Part shown: one piece after another, positions 37,311 to 50,763 of the stretch
Position numbering within the stretch: position 1 is the first letter of the stretch
How the letters are laid out: each line of letters begins with the position of its first letter
Source of the DNA: Guillardia theta CCMP2712
Taxonomy: Eukaryota > Protista > Cryptophyta
Length of the DNA: 64,000 nt
Assembly: GCF_000315625.1 (NCBI RefSeq)
Contig: NW_005434537.1
Location: 13,171 to 77,170, forward strand
Reading direction: 5' to 3'
The notes under the pieces: model-generated
Told to the model about the DNA's origin: nothing
The model's input: the letters and a program-made list of their open reading frames with translations, nothing else
The model's database searches: none
Translations under genes and position numbers: made by a program

Positions 37311-40300
37311 CCCCCCTGTTTCTCGACGGATCCTGCCGGCCGGGCCCGTCAGTAGACCGACTGCAGCCTTCAGCCCCGCCTCAGACCCCCTGGAGGCCCG
37401 CCAGGAGGCTAAGTGTCCGGAGATTGGCCGGGGGCCCGATCTCTCCGGGCGGCCGTGACCGGTCAGCGGACCGTGTCAGCAGGCCCGTGACATGTCAGCC
37501 GGCTGACAGGGGCCGTGACCCGGCTGACAGGCTCACCTGACCGGTCACGTGACACATCACGTGACCGAGACAAGACTTTTTTATATCGCAGATCCAAAAA
37601 CCCATAGGACATTTCTCCCAGGGGGAAGAAAACCTCCCTTGACCCCCCTGTTTCTCGACGGATCCTGCCGGCCGGGCCCGTCAGTAGACCGACTGCAGCC
37701 TTCAGCCCCGCCTCAGACCCCCTGGAGGCCCGCCAGGAGGCTAAGTGTCCGGAGATTGGCCGGGGGCCCGATCTCTCCGGGCGGCCGTGACCGGTCAGCG
37801 GACCGTGTCAGCAGGCCCGTGACATGTCAGCCGGCTGACAGGGTCCGTGACCCGGCTGACAGGCTCACCTGACCGGTCACGTGACACATCACGTGACCGA
37901 GACAAGACTTTTTTATATCGCAGATCCAAAAACCCATAGGACATTTCTCCCAGGGGGAAGAAAACCTCCCTTGACCCCCCTGTTTCTCGACGATCCTGCC
38001 GGCCGGGCCCGTCAGTAGACCGACTGCAGCCTTCAGCCCCGCCTCAGACCCCCTGGAGGCCCGCCAGGAGGCTAAGTGTCCGGAGATTGGCCGGGGGCCT
38101 GATCTCTCCGGGCGGCCGTGACCGGTCAGCGGACCGTGTCAGCAGGCCCGTGACATGTCAGCCGGCTGACAGGGGCCGTGACCCGGCTGACAGGCTCACC
38201 TGACCGGTCACGTGACACATCACGTGACCGAGACAAGACTTTTTTATATCGCAGATCCAAAAACCCATAGGGCATTTCTCCCAGGGGAAGAAAACCTCCC
38301 TTGACCCCCCTGTTTCTCGACGGATCCTGCCGGCCGGGCCCGTCAGTAGACCGACTGCAGCCTTCAGCCCCGCCTCAGACCCCCTGGAGGCCCGCCAGGA
38401 GGCTAAGTGTCCGGAGATTGGCCGGGGGCCTGATCTCTCCGGGCGGCCGTGACCGGTCAGCGGACCGTGTCAGCAGGCCCGTGACATGTCAGCCGGCTGA
38501 CAGGGGCCGTGACCCGGCTGACAGGCTCACCTGACCGGTCACGTGACACATCACGTGACCGAGACAAGACTTTTTTATATCGCAGATCCAAAAACCCATA
38601 GGACATTTCTCCCAGGGGGAAGAAAACCTCCCTTGACCCCCCTGTTTCTCGACGGATCCTGCCGGCCGGGCCCGTCAGTAGACCGACTGCAGCCTTCAGC
38701 CCCGCCTCAGACCCCCTGGAGGCCCGCCAGGAGGCTAAGTGTCCGGAGATTGGCCGGGGGCCTGATCTCTCCGGGCGGCCGTGACCGGTCAGCGGACCGT
38801 GTCAGCAGGCCCGTGACATGTCAGCCGGCTGACAGGGGCCGTGACCCGGCTGACAGGCTCACCTGACCGGTCACGTGACACATCACGTGACCGAGACAAG
38901 ACTTTTTTATATCGCAGATCCAAAAACCCATAGGACATTTCTCCCAGGGGAAGAAAACCTCCCTTGACCCCCCTGTTTCTCGACGGATCCTGCCGGCCGG
39001 CCCGTCAGTAGACCGACTGCAGCCTTCAGCCCCGCCTCAGACCCCCTGGAGGCCCGCCAGGAGGCTAAGTGTCCGGAGATTGGCCGGGGGCCCGATCTCT
39101 CCGGGCGGCCGTGACCGGTCAGCGGACCGTGTCAGCAGGCCCGTGACATGTCAGCCGGCTGACAGGGGCCGTGACCCGGCTGACAGGCTCACCTGACCGG
39201 TCACGTGACACATCACGTGACCGAGACAAGACTTTTTTATATCGCAGATCCAAAAACCCATAGGACATTTCTCCCAGGGGGAAGAAAACCTCCCTTGACC
39301 CCCCTGTTTCTCGACGGATCCTGCCGGCCGGGCCCGTCAGTAGACCGACTGCAGCCTTCAGCCCCGCCTCAGACCCCCTGGAGGCCCGCCAGGAGGCTAA
39401 GTGTCCGGAGATTGGCCGGGGGCCCGATCTCTCCGGGCGGCCGTGACCGGTCAGCGGACCGTGTCAGCAGGCCCGTGACATGTCAGCCGGCTGACAGGGG
39501 CCGTGACCCGGCTGACAGGCTCACCTGACCGGTCACGTGACACATCACGTGACCGAGACAAGACTTTTTTATATCGCAGATCCAAAAACCCATAGGACAT
39601 TTCTCCCAGGGGAAGAAAACCTCCCTTGACCCCCCTGTTTCTCGACGGATCCTGCCGGCCGGGCCCGTCAGTAGACCGACTGCAGCCTTCAGCCCCGCCT
39701 CAGACCCCCTGGAGGCCCGCCAGGAGGCTAAGTGTCCGGAGATTGGCCGGGGGCCTGATCTCTCCGGGCGGCCGTGACCGGTCAGCGGACCGTGTCAGCA
39801 GGCCCGTGACATGTCAGCCGGCTGACAGGGTCCGTGACCCGGCTGACAGGCTCACCTGACCGGTCACGTGACACATCACGTGACCGAGACAAGACTTTTT
39901 TATATCGCAGATCCAAAAACCCATAGGACATTTCTCCCAGGGGGAAGAAAACCTCCCTTGACCCCCCTGTTTCTCGACGGATCCTGCCGGCCGGGCCCGT
40001 CAGTAGACCGACTGCAGCCTTCAGCCCCGCCTCAGACCCCCTGGAGGCCCGCCAGGAGGCTAAGTGTCCGGAGATTGGCCGGGGGCCTGATCTCTCCGGG
40101 CGGCCGTGACCGGTCAGCGGACCGTGTCAGCAGGCCCGTGACATGTCAGCCGGCTGACAGGGTCCGTGACCCGGCTGACAGGCTCACCTGACCGGTCACG
40201 TGACACATCACGTGACCGAGACAAGACTTTTTTATATCGCAGATCCAAAAACCCATAGGACATTTCTCCCAGGGGAAGAAATCCTCCCTTGACCCCCCTG

Positions 40301-43300
40301 TTTCTCGACGGATCCTGCCGGCCGGGCCCGTCAGTAGACCGACTGCAGCCTTCAGCCCCGCCTCAGACCCCCTGGAGGCCCGCCAGGAGGCTAAGTGTCC
40401 GGAGATTGGCCGGGGGCCCGATCTCTCCGGGCGGCCGTGACCGGTCAGCGGACCGTGTCAGCAGGCCCGTGACATGTCAGCCGGCTGACAGGGGCCGTGA
40501 CCCGGCTGACAGGCTCACCTGACCGGTCACGTGACACATCACGTGACCGAGACAAGACTTTTTTATATCGCAGATCCAAAAACCCATAGGACATTTCTCC
40601 CAGGGGGAAGAAAACCTCCCTTGACCCCCCTGTTTCTCGACGGATCCTGCCGGCCGGGCCCGTCAGTAGACCGACTGCAGCCTTCAGCCCCGCCTCAGAC
40701 CCCCTGGAGGCCCGCCAGGAGGCTAAGTGTCCGGAGATTGGCCGGGGGCCTGATCAGGCTCTCCGGGCGGCCGTGACCGGTCAGCGGACCGTGTCAGCAG
40801 GCCCGTGACATGTCAGCCGGCTGACAGGGGCCGTGACCCGGCTGACAGGCTCACCTGACCGGTCACGTGACACATCACGTGACCGAGACAAGACTTTTTT
40901 ATATCGCAGATCCAAAAACCCATAGGACATTTCTCCCAGGGGGAAGAAAACCTCCCTTGACCCCCCTGTTTCTCGACGGATCCTGCCGGCCGGGCCCGTC
41001 AGTAGACCGACTGCAGCCTTCAGCCCCGCCTCAGACCCCCTGGAGGCCCGCCAGGAGGCTAAGTGTCCGGAGATGGGCCCGATCTCTCCGGGCGGCCGTG
41101 ACCGGTCAGCGGACCGTGTCAGCAGGCCCGTGACATGTCAGCCGGCTGACAGGGGCCGTGACCCGGCTGACAGGCTCACCTGACCGGTCACGTGACACAT
41201 CACGTGACCGAGACAAGACTTTTTTATATCGCAGATCCAAAAACCCATAGGACATTTCTCCCAGGGGAAGAAAACCTCCCTTGACCCCCCTGTTTCTCGA
41301 CGGATCCTGCCGGCCGGGCCCGTCAGTAGACCGACTGCAGCCTTCAGCCCCGCCTCAGACCCCCTGGAGGCCCGCCAGGAGGCTAAGTGTCCGGAGATTG
41401 GCCGGGGGCCCGATCTCTCCGGGCGGCCGTGACCGGTCAGCGGACCGTGTCAGCAGGCCCCGTGACATGTCAGCCGGCTGACAGGGGCCGTGACCCGAGC
41501 TGACAGGCTCACCTGACCGGGTCACGTGACCACATCACGTGACCGAGACAAGACTTTTTTATATCGCAGATCCAAAAACCCATAGGACATTTCTCCCAGG
41601 GGGAAGAAAACCTCCCTTGACCCCCCCTGTTTCTCGACGGATCTGCCGGCCGGGCCCGTCAGTAGACCGACTGCAGCCTTTCAGCCCCGCCTCAGACCCC
41701 TGGAGGCCCGCCAGGAGGCTAAGTGTCCGGAGATTGGCCGGGGGCCTCAGCTCTCCGGGCGGCCGTGACCGGTCAGCGGACCGTGTCAGCAGGCCCGTGA
41801 CATGTCAGCCGGCTGACAGGGGCCGTGACCCGGCTGACAGGCTCACCTGACCGGTCACGTGACACATCACGTGACCGAGACAAGACTTTTTTATATCGCA
41901 GATCCAAAAACCCATAGGACATTTCTCCCAGGGGGAAGAAAACCTCCCTTGACCCCCCTGTTTCTCGACGGATCCTGCCGGCCGGGCCCGTCAGTAGACC
42001 GACTGCAGCCTTCAGCCCCGCCTCAGACCCCCTGGAGGCCCGCCAGGAGGCTAAGTGTCCGGAGATTGGCCGGGGGCCTGATCTCTCCGGGCGGCCGTGA
42101 CCGGTCAGCGGACCGTGTCAGCAGGCCCGTGACATGTCAGCCGGCTGACAGGGGCCGTGACCCGGCTGACAGGCTCACCTGACCGGTCACGTGACACATC
42201 ACGTGACCGAGACAAGACTTTTTTATATCGCAGATCCAAAAACCCATAGGACATTTCTCCCAGGGGGAAGAAAACCTCCCTTGACCCCCCTGTTTCTCGA
42301 CGGATCCTGCCGGCCGGGCCCGTCAGTAGACCGACTGCAGCCTTCAGCCCCGCCTCAGACCCCCTGAGCCCGCCAGAAGGCTAAGTGTCCGGAGATTGGC
42401 CGGGGGCCTTGATCTCTCCGGGCGGCCGTGACCGGTCAGCGGACCGTGTCAGCAGGCCCGTGACATGTCAGCCGGCTGACAGGGGCCGTGACCCGGCTGA
42501 CAGGCTCACCTGACCGGTCACGTGACACATCACGTGACCGAGACAAGACTTTTTTATATCGCAGATCCAAAAACCCATAGGACATTTCTCCCAGGGGAAG
42601 AAAACCTCCCTTGACCCCCCTGTTTCTCGACGGATCCTGCCGGCCGGGCCCGTCAGTAGACCGACTGCAGCCTTCAGCCCCGCCTCAGACCCCCTGGAGG
42701 CCCGCCAGGAGGCTAAGTGTCCGGAGATTGGCCGGGGGCCTGATCTCTCCGGGCGGCCGTGACCGGTCAGCGGACCGTGTCAGCAGGCCCGTGACATGTC
42801 AGCCGGCTGACAGGGTCCGTGACCCGGCTGACAGGCTCACCTGACCGGTCACGTGACACATCACGTGACCGAGACAAGACTTTTTTATATCGCAGATCCA
42901 AAAACCCATAGGACATTTCTCCCAGGGGAAGAAAACCTCCCTTGACCCCCCTGTTTCTCGACGGATCCTGCCGGCCGGGCCCGTCAGTAGACCGACTGCA
43001 GCCTTCAGCCCCGCCTCAGACCCCCTGGAGGCCCGCCAGGAGGCTAAGTGTCCGGAGATTGGCCGGGGGCCTGATCTCTCCGGGCGGCCGTGACCGGTCA
43101 GCGGACCGTGTCAGCAGGCCCGTGACATGTCAGCCGGCTGACAGGGGCCGTGACCCGGCTGACAGGCTCACCTGACCGGTCACGTGACACATCACGTGAC
43201 CGAGACAAGACTTTTTTATATCGCAGATCCAAAAACCCATAGGACATTTCTCCCAGGGGGAAGAAAACCTCCCTTGACCCCCCTGTTTCTCGACGGATCC

Positions 43301-45579
43301 TGCCGGCCGGGCCCGTCAGTAGCCTGACGACTGCAGCCTTCAGCCCCGCCTCAGACCCCCTGGAGGCCCGCCAGGAGGCTAAGTGTCCGGAGATTGGCCG
43401 GGGGCCTGATCTCTCCGGGCGGCCGTGACCGGTCAGCGGACCGTGTCAGCAGGCCCGTGACATGTCAGCCGGCTGACAGGGGCCGTGACCCGGCTGACAG
43501 GCTCACCTGACCGGTCACGTGACACATCACGTGACCGAGACAAGACTTTTTTATATCGCAGATCCAAAAACCCATAGGACATTTCTCCCAGGGGGAAGAA
43601 AACCTCCCTTGACCCCCCTGTTTCTCGACGGATCCTGCCGGCCGGGCCCGTCAGTAGACCGACTGCAGCCTTCAGCCCCGCCTCAGACCCCCTGGAGGCC
43701 CGCCAGGAGGCTAAGTGTCCGGAGATTGGCCGGGGGCCTGATCTCTCCGGGCGGCCGTGACCGGTCAGCGGACCGTGTCAGCAGGCCCGTGACATGTCAG
43801 CCGGCTGACAGGGGCCGTGACCCGGCTGACAGGCTCACCTGACCGGTCACGTGACACATCACGTGACCGAGACAAGACTTTTTTATATCGCAGATCCAAA
43901 AACCCATAGGACATTTCTCCCAGGGGGAAGAAAACCTCCCTTGACCCCCCTGTTTCTCGACGGATCCTGCCGGCCGGGCCGGTCAGTAGACCGACTGCAG
44001 CCTTCAGCCCCGCCTCAGACCCCCTGGAGGCCCGCCAGGAGGCTAAGTGTCCGGAGATTGGCCGGGGGCCTGATCTCTCCGGGCGGCCGTGACCGGTCAG
44101 CGGACCGTGTCAGCAGGCCCGTGACATGTCAGCCGGCTGACAGGGGCCGTGACCCGGCTGACAGGCTCACCTGACCGGTCACGTGACACATCACGTGACC
44201 GAGACAAGACTTTTTTATATCGCAGATCCAAAAACCCATAGGACATTTCTCCCAGGGGGAAGAAAACCTCCCTTGACCCCCCTGTTTCTCGACGGATCCT
44301 GCCGGCCGGGCCCGTCAGTAGACCGACTGCAGCCTTCAGCCCCGCCTCAGACCCCCTGGAGGCCCGCCAGGAGGCTAAGTGTCCGGAGATTGGCCGGGGG
44401 CCTGATCTCTCCGGGCGGCCGTGACCGGTCAGCGGACCGTGTCAGCAGGCCCGTGACATGTCAGCCGGCTGACAGGGGCCGTGACCCGGCTGACAGGCTC
44501 ACCTGACCGGTCACGTGACACATCACGTGACCGAGACAAGACTTTTTTATATCGCAGATCCAAAAACCCATAGGACATTTCTCCCAGGGGGAAGAAAACC
44601 TCCCTTGACCCCCCTGTTTCTCGACGGATCCTGCCGGCCGGGCCCGTCAGTAGACCGACTGCAGCCTTCAGCCCCGCCTCAGACCCCCTGGAGGCCCGCC
44701 AGGAGGCTAAGTGTCCGGAGATTGGCCGGGGGCCTGATCTCTCCGGGCGGCCGTGACCGGTCAGCGGACCGTGTCAGCAGGCCCGTGACATGTCAGCCGG
44801 CTGACAGGGGCCGTGACCCGGCTGACAGGCTCACCTGACCGGTCACGTGACACATCACGTGACCGAGACAAGACTTTTTTATATCGCAGATCCAAAAACC
44901 CATAGGACATTTCTCCCAGGGGAAGAAAACCTCCCTTGACCCCCCTGTTTCTCGACGGATCCTGCCGGCCGGGCCCGTCAGTAGACCGACTGCAGCCTTC
45001 AGCCCCGCGTCAGACCCCCTGGAGGCCCGCCAGGAGGCTAAGTGTCCGGAGATTGGCCGGGGGCCTGATCTCTCCGGACGGCCGTGACCGGTCAACGGAC
45101 CGTGTCAGCAGGCCCGTGACATGTCAGCCGGCTGACAGGGTCCGTGACCCGGCTGACAGGCTCACCTGACCGGTCACGTGACACATCACGTGACCGAGAC
45201 AAGACTACGTTATATCGCAGATCCACAAACCCATAGGACATTTCTCCCAGGGGGAAGAAAACCTCCCTTGACCCCCCTGTTTCTCGACGGATCCTGCCGG
45301 CCGGGCCCGTCAGTAGACCGACTGCAGCCTTCAGCCCCGCCTCAGACCCCCTGGAGGCCCGCCAGGAGGCTAAGTGTCCGGAGATTGGCCGGGGGCCTGA
45401 TCTCTCCGGGCGGCCGTGACCGGTCAGCGGACCGTGTCAGCAGGCCCGTGACATGTCAGCCGGCTGACAGGGGCCGTGACCCGGCTGACAGGCTCACCTG
45501 ACCGGTCACGTGACACATCACGTGACCGAGACAAGACTTTTTTATATCGCAGATCCAAAAACCCATAGGACATTTCTCC
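37257..45579 (+). repeat. ~332-bp tandem satellite, about 25 monomers
   Basis: Head-to-tail near-identical units cagatccaaaaacccatagg...ttttttatatcg. Confidence 0.98.
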
Positions 45580-48356
45580 CATAGCGTTGTCGGGTCAAGG
45601 AACTTGCTGACAATTGGGATTTGTACCAGATCCAGGCATTTTCCAGTACAAAATTGTGTGTGAGTAAAAAATCGAAGGATTGGAAGGTTTGAAAATCCAT
45701 TTCCAGCGCTGCACGTTCAACGGCAACCGGGGGTAATTGAGAGCTTAGATAAGTAAACAGTTGTTCCTATTGCCTTTGCATAGGATCACTTGGCCCTTGT
45801 ATAGTGGAGTAATGATTTGTACCAGAACCTGATGGGTAGGCGTGGTAGTAATTCAAATGATTTGAACCCAACGGACGCGACACTGAGGGGGGTGGGGGGT
45901 ACAGGTCTTGGTCTGGTACTGTAATGGGTACCTTTTAAAATACATTTAGCAGAGGGGGTCTCCCTCCCCATCTCCCTGCCCTCCGCACTTGCGCATCCCT
46001 ATCCTTCCCTGTCCATGAGTCTCAGACTCTCGTCAGACCTTCCCTGATGACCCTCAACTTTCTTTGACGCTTCTGTCTGCCTTGTCCTTCCTCAACTTGC
46101 TGGAAATTCAAACTCTGAAACCATGCCCATGAGTTGACAAGCACTGAGTTTCTCAGTTTGAATGCGGGAGGAAAGATGATTCATGGAATGAAACTCAGTG
46201 GTTCATATTTCAAGCTGATAGATACGAGTCGTATAGCACTGGCTTATGACTGTCATTTTACTTCTCAATGATACAGCATCAAGAACTTGCTCTCGATCCA
46301 TCAGTACTTGCAAAGGGTCATTTTTCAGACAGAACTTCGAGTTCATCTTTATTTTGCGTCGATCCACACGATGACATCTGTTTGATACACTATGTTTGAT
46401 GAATATCAAGAAAGAGGCTGAACTGTGCACCGCTTGACTGAATTTTCTACAATACTCTTCAATTGTGTAAGAGAGCATGTCACATGTAATCATACCAGGC
46501 AAACAAGTCACAGTATCGCTCCAAACCGCGTTGTGCTTGAAACTGAGACTCTACATGAAGATGTTATCGGACTAGTCGAATGATGTACAACTTTATGGTG
46601 ATACGTGGTTTAGAACTGTTGCAAAGCGGACATGGGAATATGTAGCGGCCTAGGTGATGTTTTCAACGTACTTCAATAAAACAAAGCCAAGTTGTTGCTA
46701 ACAACATCATCATTTCTCCATGAGCCTGCATGACCTGATGTACATGTTAGAGAAGTCGATGCTCATTCATCAAAAGAGTGGTTAGACAAGAAATTGGTAG
46801 ATGCTTCTGCGCAGCATTCTTGTGTATGTGGAATCGTGCACACTCACCGTCGTGTGTATGTGGAATCGTGCACACTCACCGTCGATACATTGTCCTTATC
46901 ATCTGGAATGGTTAACTTTCGCTGCAAGTAATGGTTGGAATGCCGGCGATGCATTGCAGCCTGCATAGCACCTGAGCGCTTTGTTCCACTTATCGCTTGG
47001 TTCCTTTGTTCCACTTATCGCTTGGTTCCAAACAATTGATGATATCGCAGCATGCAACTCGCATTGGCCCAAGGGTGTCAAGCGAGGAAAAGATCAGGAT
47101 GATGGAAGGGCGAGAATGCAGCGAATAAGAGAAGCTGTTCAGGCTCAGTTTACTTTGTGTAAGAAAATGCCAATGCGTTGTACATGTTAGGTCACAAAGA
47201 AAGAGGCAAGAAAGCTCAGGTATGAGACTCGAGAAGAAAGATTTATTCAAAAGGGTATGTCCATTTTCGTCTGCATGATTCAATCGGATCCAACATCAAT
47301 TCATTGCTCCTGATACCATGTCAGTCTAGTCACAACAAAGATATCAGCACCTTGAAAATTTCTTGCTTCGACTCGAGGTGAAGGAAATGAAATATGATTT
47401 ACAATGCTATAAGGGGTATCGTTTTGTCGCTCAAAGCGTCTTGATTGTAAGTCATGAAATAGAACACGACATGCAATCAATTTGCAAGTCATGCCTTCAT
47501 GTGGTACCTCATCACTGCCATTTGATGAATGCACTGGTATTCCTTGAAACTCTTTACATGCCTTGGCAATACTCTTGCATATTGCTCAGACCGCCCTCAA
47601 GCCCGACTCTTTGCAGCAGATTCCTATGAAATAAGTATAGATCATGCTGTCTCCGTGACATGCTTCATGACTTCCTACTTATTGCTCATGAGAGTCAATG
47701 TCATCCATCGTACAGCGCCACTAGCGGACAGTCCGTGCGGAGTACTCCTTATTCAAGCTGCTAAAATCTATGATGATCAACCCTCTTTACATGTGTTTGC
47801 AATCACAGAGATGTTTTCAGACTGCTGCGCTCACACCAGATTCTGCAGGGATTGCCTCTGCTTGTCCTGGTCTGAGCTCTCCTGCTGCAGATGAGTCACG
47901 TCTGCGTAACACTCACTTGCTAACCTTGGATATGCAACCAGGGAAGGGAAGGGGCAAGGCTTGAGAGCTCCCTCTGATCTACAAGGGTGGTCTATGTTGG
48001 TCGGAGGCAGGGTAGGGTCCAAAACTTGACCCCATCGGAGAAGGGACTTTCACTGGGAAACAGGTGGGTCCAAAGCATCATAGTTTGAACAGGGGAGGTA
48101 CCGCATAAACTATTTTGGTACAAGTTTTCCTAACAGTACTCGAATATGTACCATAAAATTGGTACTGTTGGTACAATTATTTGCTACCAGGAAGTACCCT
48201 ACCCCCTTAAACAGGTCCCAACCAATTTGAATCAGCTCCCAGCCGACTGACCCACCCCAGACCCCAACTGCCATTTGCTATTCACATATGTGGAAGGATA
48301 CCCCCACAGAAAACTATTGGAAACCAGAGGGGTCAGTTGAGAGCGACAACGCTATG
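45580..48356. mobile_element. Non-autonomous DNA transposon-like insertion with 13-bp TIRs
   Basis: catagcgttgtcg ... cgacaacgctatg. The satellite breaks at catttctcc and resumes at ccagggggaag. No long internal ORF. Confidence 0.75.
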
Positions 48357-50023
48357 CCAGGGGGAAGAAAACCCGTGACCGGTCAGCGGACCGTGTCAGC
48401 AGGCCCGTGACATGTCAGCCGGCTGACAGGGGCCTTCAGCCCCGCCTCAGACCCCCTGGAGGCCCGCCAGGAGGCTAAGTGTCCGGAGATTGGCCGGGGG
48501 CCTGATCTCTCCGGGCGGCCGTGACCGGTCAGCGGACCGTGTCAGCAGGCCCGTGACATGTCAGCCGGCTGACAGGGGCCGTGACCCGGCTGACAGGCTC
48601 ACCTGACCGGTCACGTGACACATCACGTGACCGAGACAAGACTTTTTTATATCGCAGATCCAAAAACCCATAGGACATTTCTCCCAGGGGGAAGAAAACC
48701 TCCCTTGACCCCCCTGTTTCTCGACGGATCCTGCCGGCCGGGCCGGTCAGTAGACCGACTGCAGCCTTCAGCCCCGCCTCAGACCCCCTGGAGGCCCGCC
48801 AGGAGGCTAAGTGTCCGGAGATTGGCCGGGGGCCTGATCTCTCCGGGCGGCCGTGACCGGTCAGCGGACCGTGTCAGCAGGCCCGTGACATGTCAGCCGG
48901 CTGACAGGGGCCGTGACCCGGCTGACAGGCTCACCTGACCGGTCACGTGACACATCACGTGACCGAGACAAGACTTTTTTATATCGCAGATCCAAAAACC
49001 CATAGGACATTTCTCCCAGGGGGAAGAAAACCTCCCTTGACCCCCCTGTTTCTCGACGGATCCTGCCGGCCGGGCCCGTCAGTAGACCGACTGCAGCCTT
49101 CAGCCCCGCCTCAGACCCCCTGGAGGCCCGCCAGGAGGCTAAGTGTCCGGAGATTGGCCGGGGGCCTGATCTCTCCGGGCGGCCGTGACCGGTCAGCGGA
49201 CCGTGTCAGCAGGCCCGTGACATGTCAGCCGGCTGACAGGGGCCGTGACCCGGCTGACAGGCTCACCTGACCGGTCACGTGACACATCACGTGACCGAGA
49301 CAAGACTTTTTTATATCGCAGATCCAAAAACCCATAGGACATTTCTCCCAGGGGAAGAAAACCTCCCTTGACCCCCCTGTTTCTCGACGGATCCTGCCGG
49401 CCGGGCCCGTCAGTAGACCGACTGCAGCCTTCAGCCCCGCCTCAGACCCCCTGGAGGCCCGCCAGGAGGCTAAGTGTCGGAGATTGGCCGGGGGCCTGAT
49501 CTCTCCGGCGGCCGTGACCGGTCAGCGGACGTGTCAGCAGGCCCGTGACATGTCAGCCGGCTGACAGGGGCCGTGACCCGGCTGACAGGCTCACCTGACC
49601 GGTCACGTGACACATCACGTGACCGAGACAAGACTTTTTTATTATGATCGCAGATCCAAAAACCCATAGGACATTTCTCCCAGGGGGAAGAAAACCTCCC
49701 TTGACCCCCCTGTTTCTCGACGGATCCTGCCGGCCGGGCCGGTCAGTAGACCGACTGCAGCCTTCAGCCCCGCCTCAGACCCCCTGGAGGCCCGCCAGGA
49801 GGCTAAGTGTCCGGAGATTGGCCGGGGGCCTGATCTCTCCGGGCGGCCGTGACTCGGTGACCGGTCAGCGGACCGTGTCAGCAGGCCCGTGACATGTCAG
49901 CCGGCTGACAGGGGCCGTGACCCGGCTGACAGGCTCACCTGACCGGTCACGTGACACATCACGTGACCGAGACAAGACTTTTTTATATCGCAGATCCAAA
50001 AACCCATAGGACATTTCTCCCAG
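48357..50023 (+). repeat. ~332-bp satellite, about 5 monomers (first one rearranged)
   Basis: Same monomer sequence. Confidence 0.97.
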
Positions 50024-50658
50024 TGTCAGAGCTCATAGGAACCGAGCCCGAGTCAGACAAAGGCCTATGAGGATGAAAGGACAGTTGGCTGTCTCGTGCT
50101 CGTGTTCGAAGCTGACTTCTCCTGGATGACCCAGGATACTCTACTCCAGTGTGAAGCTGCTGAAAGGACCCCTGTGGAGGCCTTTGTTGCAGCAACCGTG
50201 TACCCGTGGGGGACTTACAAGGTAAACAGAAGGGGTGCGTCTTGTGCAGTACGACCCGTTGGAAACAGCTTGCTGCCATGCAAGGACGGGGTTCTCTTCC
50301 CTGCGAGAGAGCATGGTATCCTCTCGAAGGTCAGAAGGGATGCTTGTCAACTTCCAAGAACAGGACACCCCTCCTTTCTGTAGCCAAGAGACGGCACCCC
50401 TGGCTCATTCCTCGAAGCTATAAAAGGATGAAACTCGTCAGAGCTAGGTGGTCCTCTTCCCCTTTCGTGTGTGTGCCACGATTGTTGAGACGTCTTTGTG
50501 TGTATCGTCTTGTCTTGTTTTGTGTGTGTGTGTGAAAGAAATAAAAGAGAGTTAGATCTCCTTCTGTTTCACCGCTTTCCCTCTTAGTAGAGAAATCCAA
50601 CGTGAGTTCTTATTGAACTGCGCTTGAAGGTCCACTCGAGAATCTTCGAGGTGTGACA
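50024..50658 (+). repeat. 5' LTR
   Basis: tgtcagagctc...gtgtgaca; internal TATAAAA and AATAAA. Confidence 0.95.
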
Positions 50659-50763
50659 TAAAATTGGTAGCAAGGTTGTGATCGGTGATAGAGATCGAGT
50701 CTTCTCTCTTCCCCTCCCTTTCTCCACTGTTCTTCTGCTTCTTCCTACGCTTACGTCGCGTAG

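Noticed and set aside
40750-43330. Monomer indel variants as a higher-order repeat
   Set aside because: Most are singletons or homopolymer changes consistent with long-read error; no period could be established by eye.
37549-49270. Repeated 77-107 aa ORFs (MTHHVTETRL...)
   Set aside because: Translations of the satellite with non-ATG starts, freely broken by monomer indels.
37257-50023. CRISPR-like or rDNA array
   Set aside because: No unique spacers, no cas genes and no recognisable rRNA sequence.
49983-50600. Short ORFs inside the LTRs (also 55731-56229 and 60415-60663)
   Set aside because: Incidental LTR translations with no protein motifs.
50260-50680. Tf1-like self-priming (PBS tggtagcaag versus cttgctgcca in the LTR)
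   Set aside because: The complementary segment lies upstream of the LTR TATA box, so it would not be the transcript 5' end; a tRNA-type TGG PBS is simpler.
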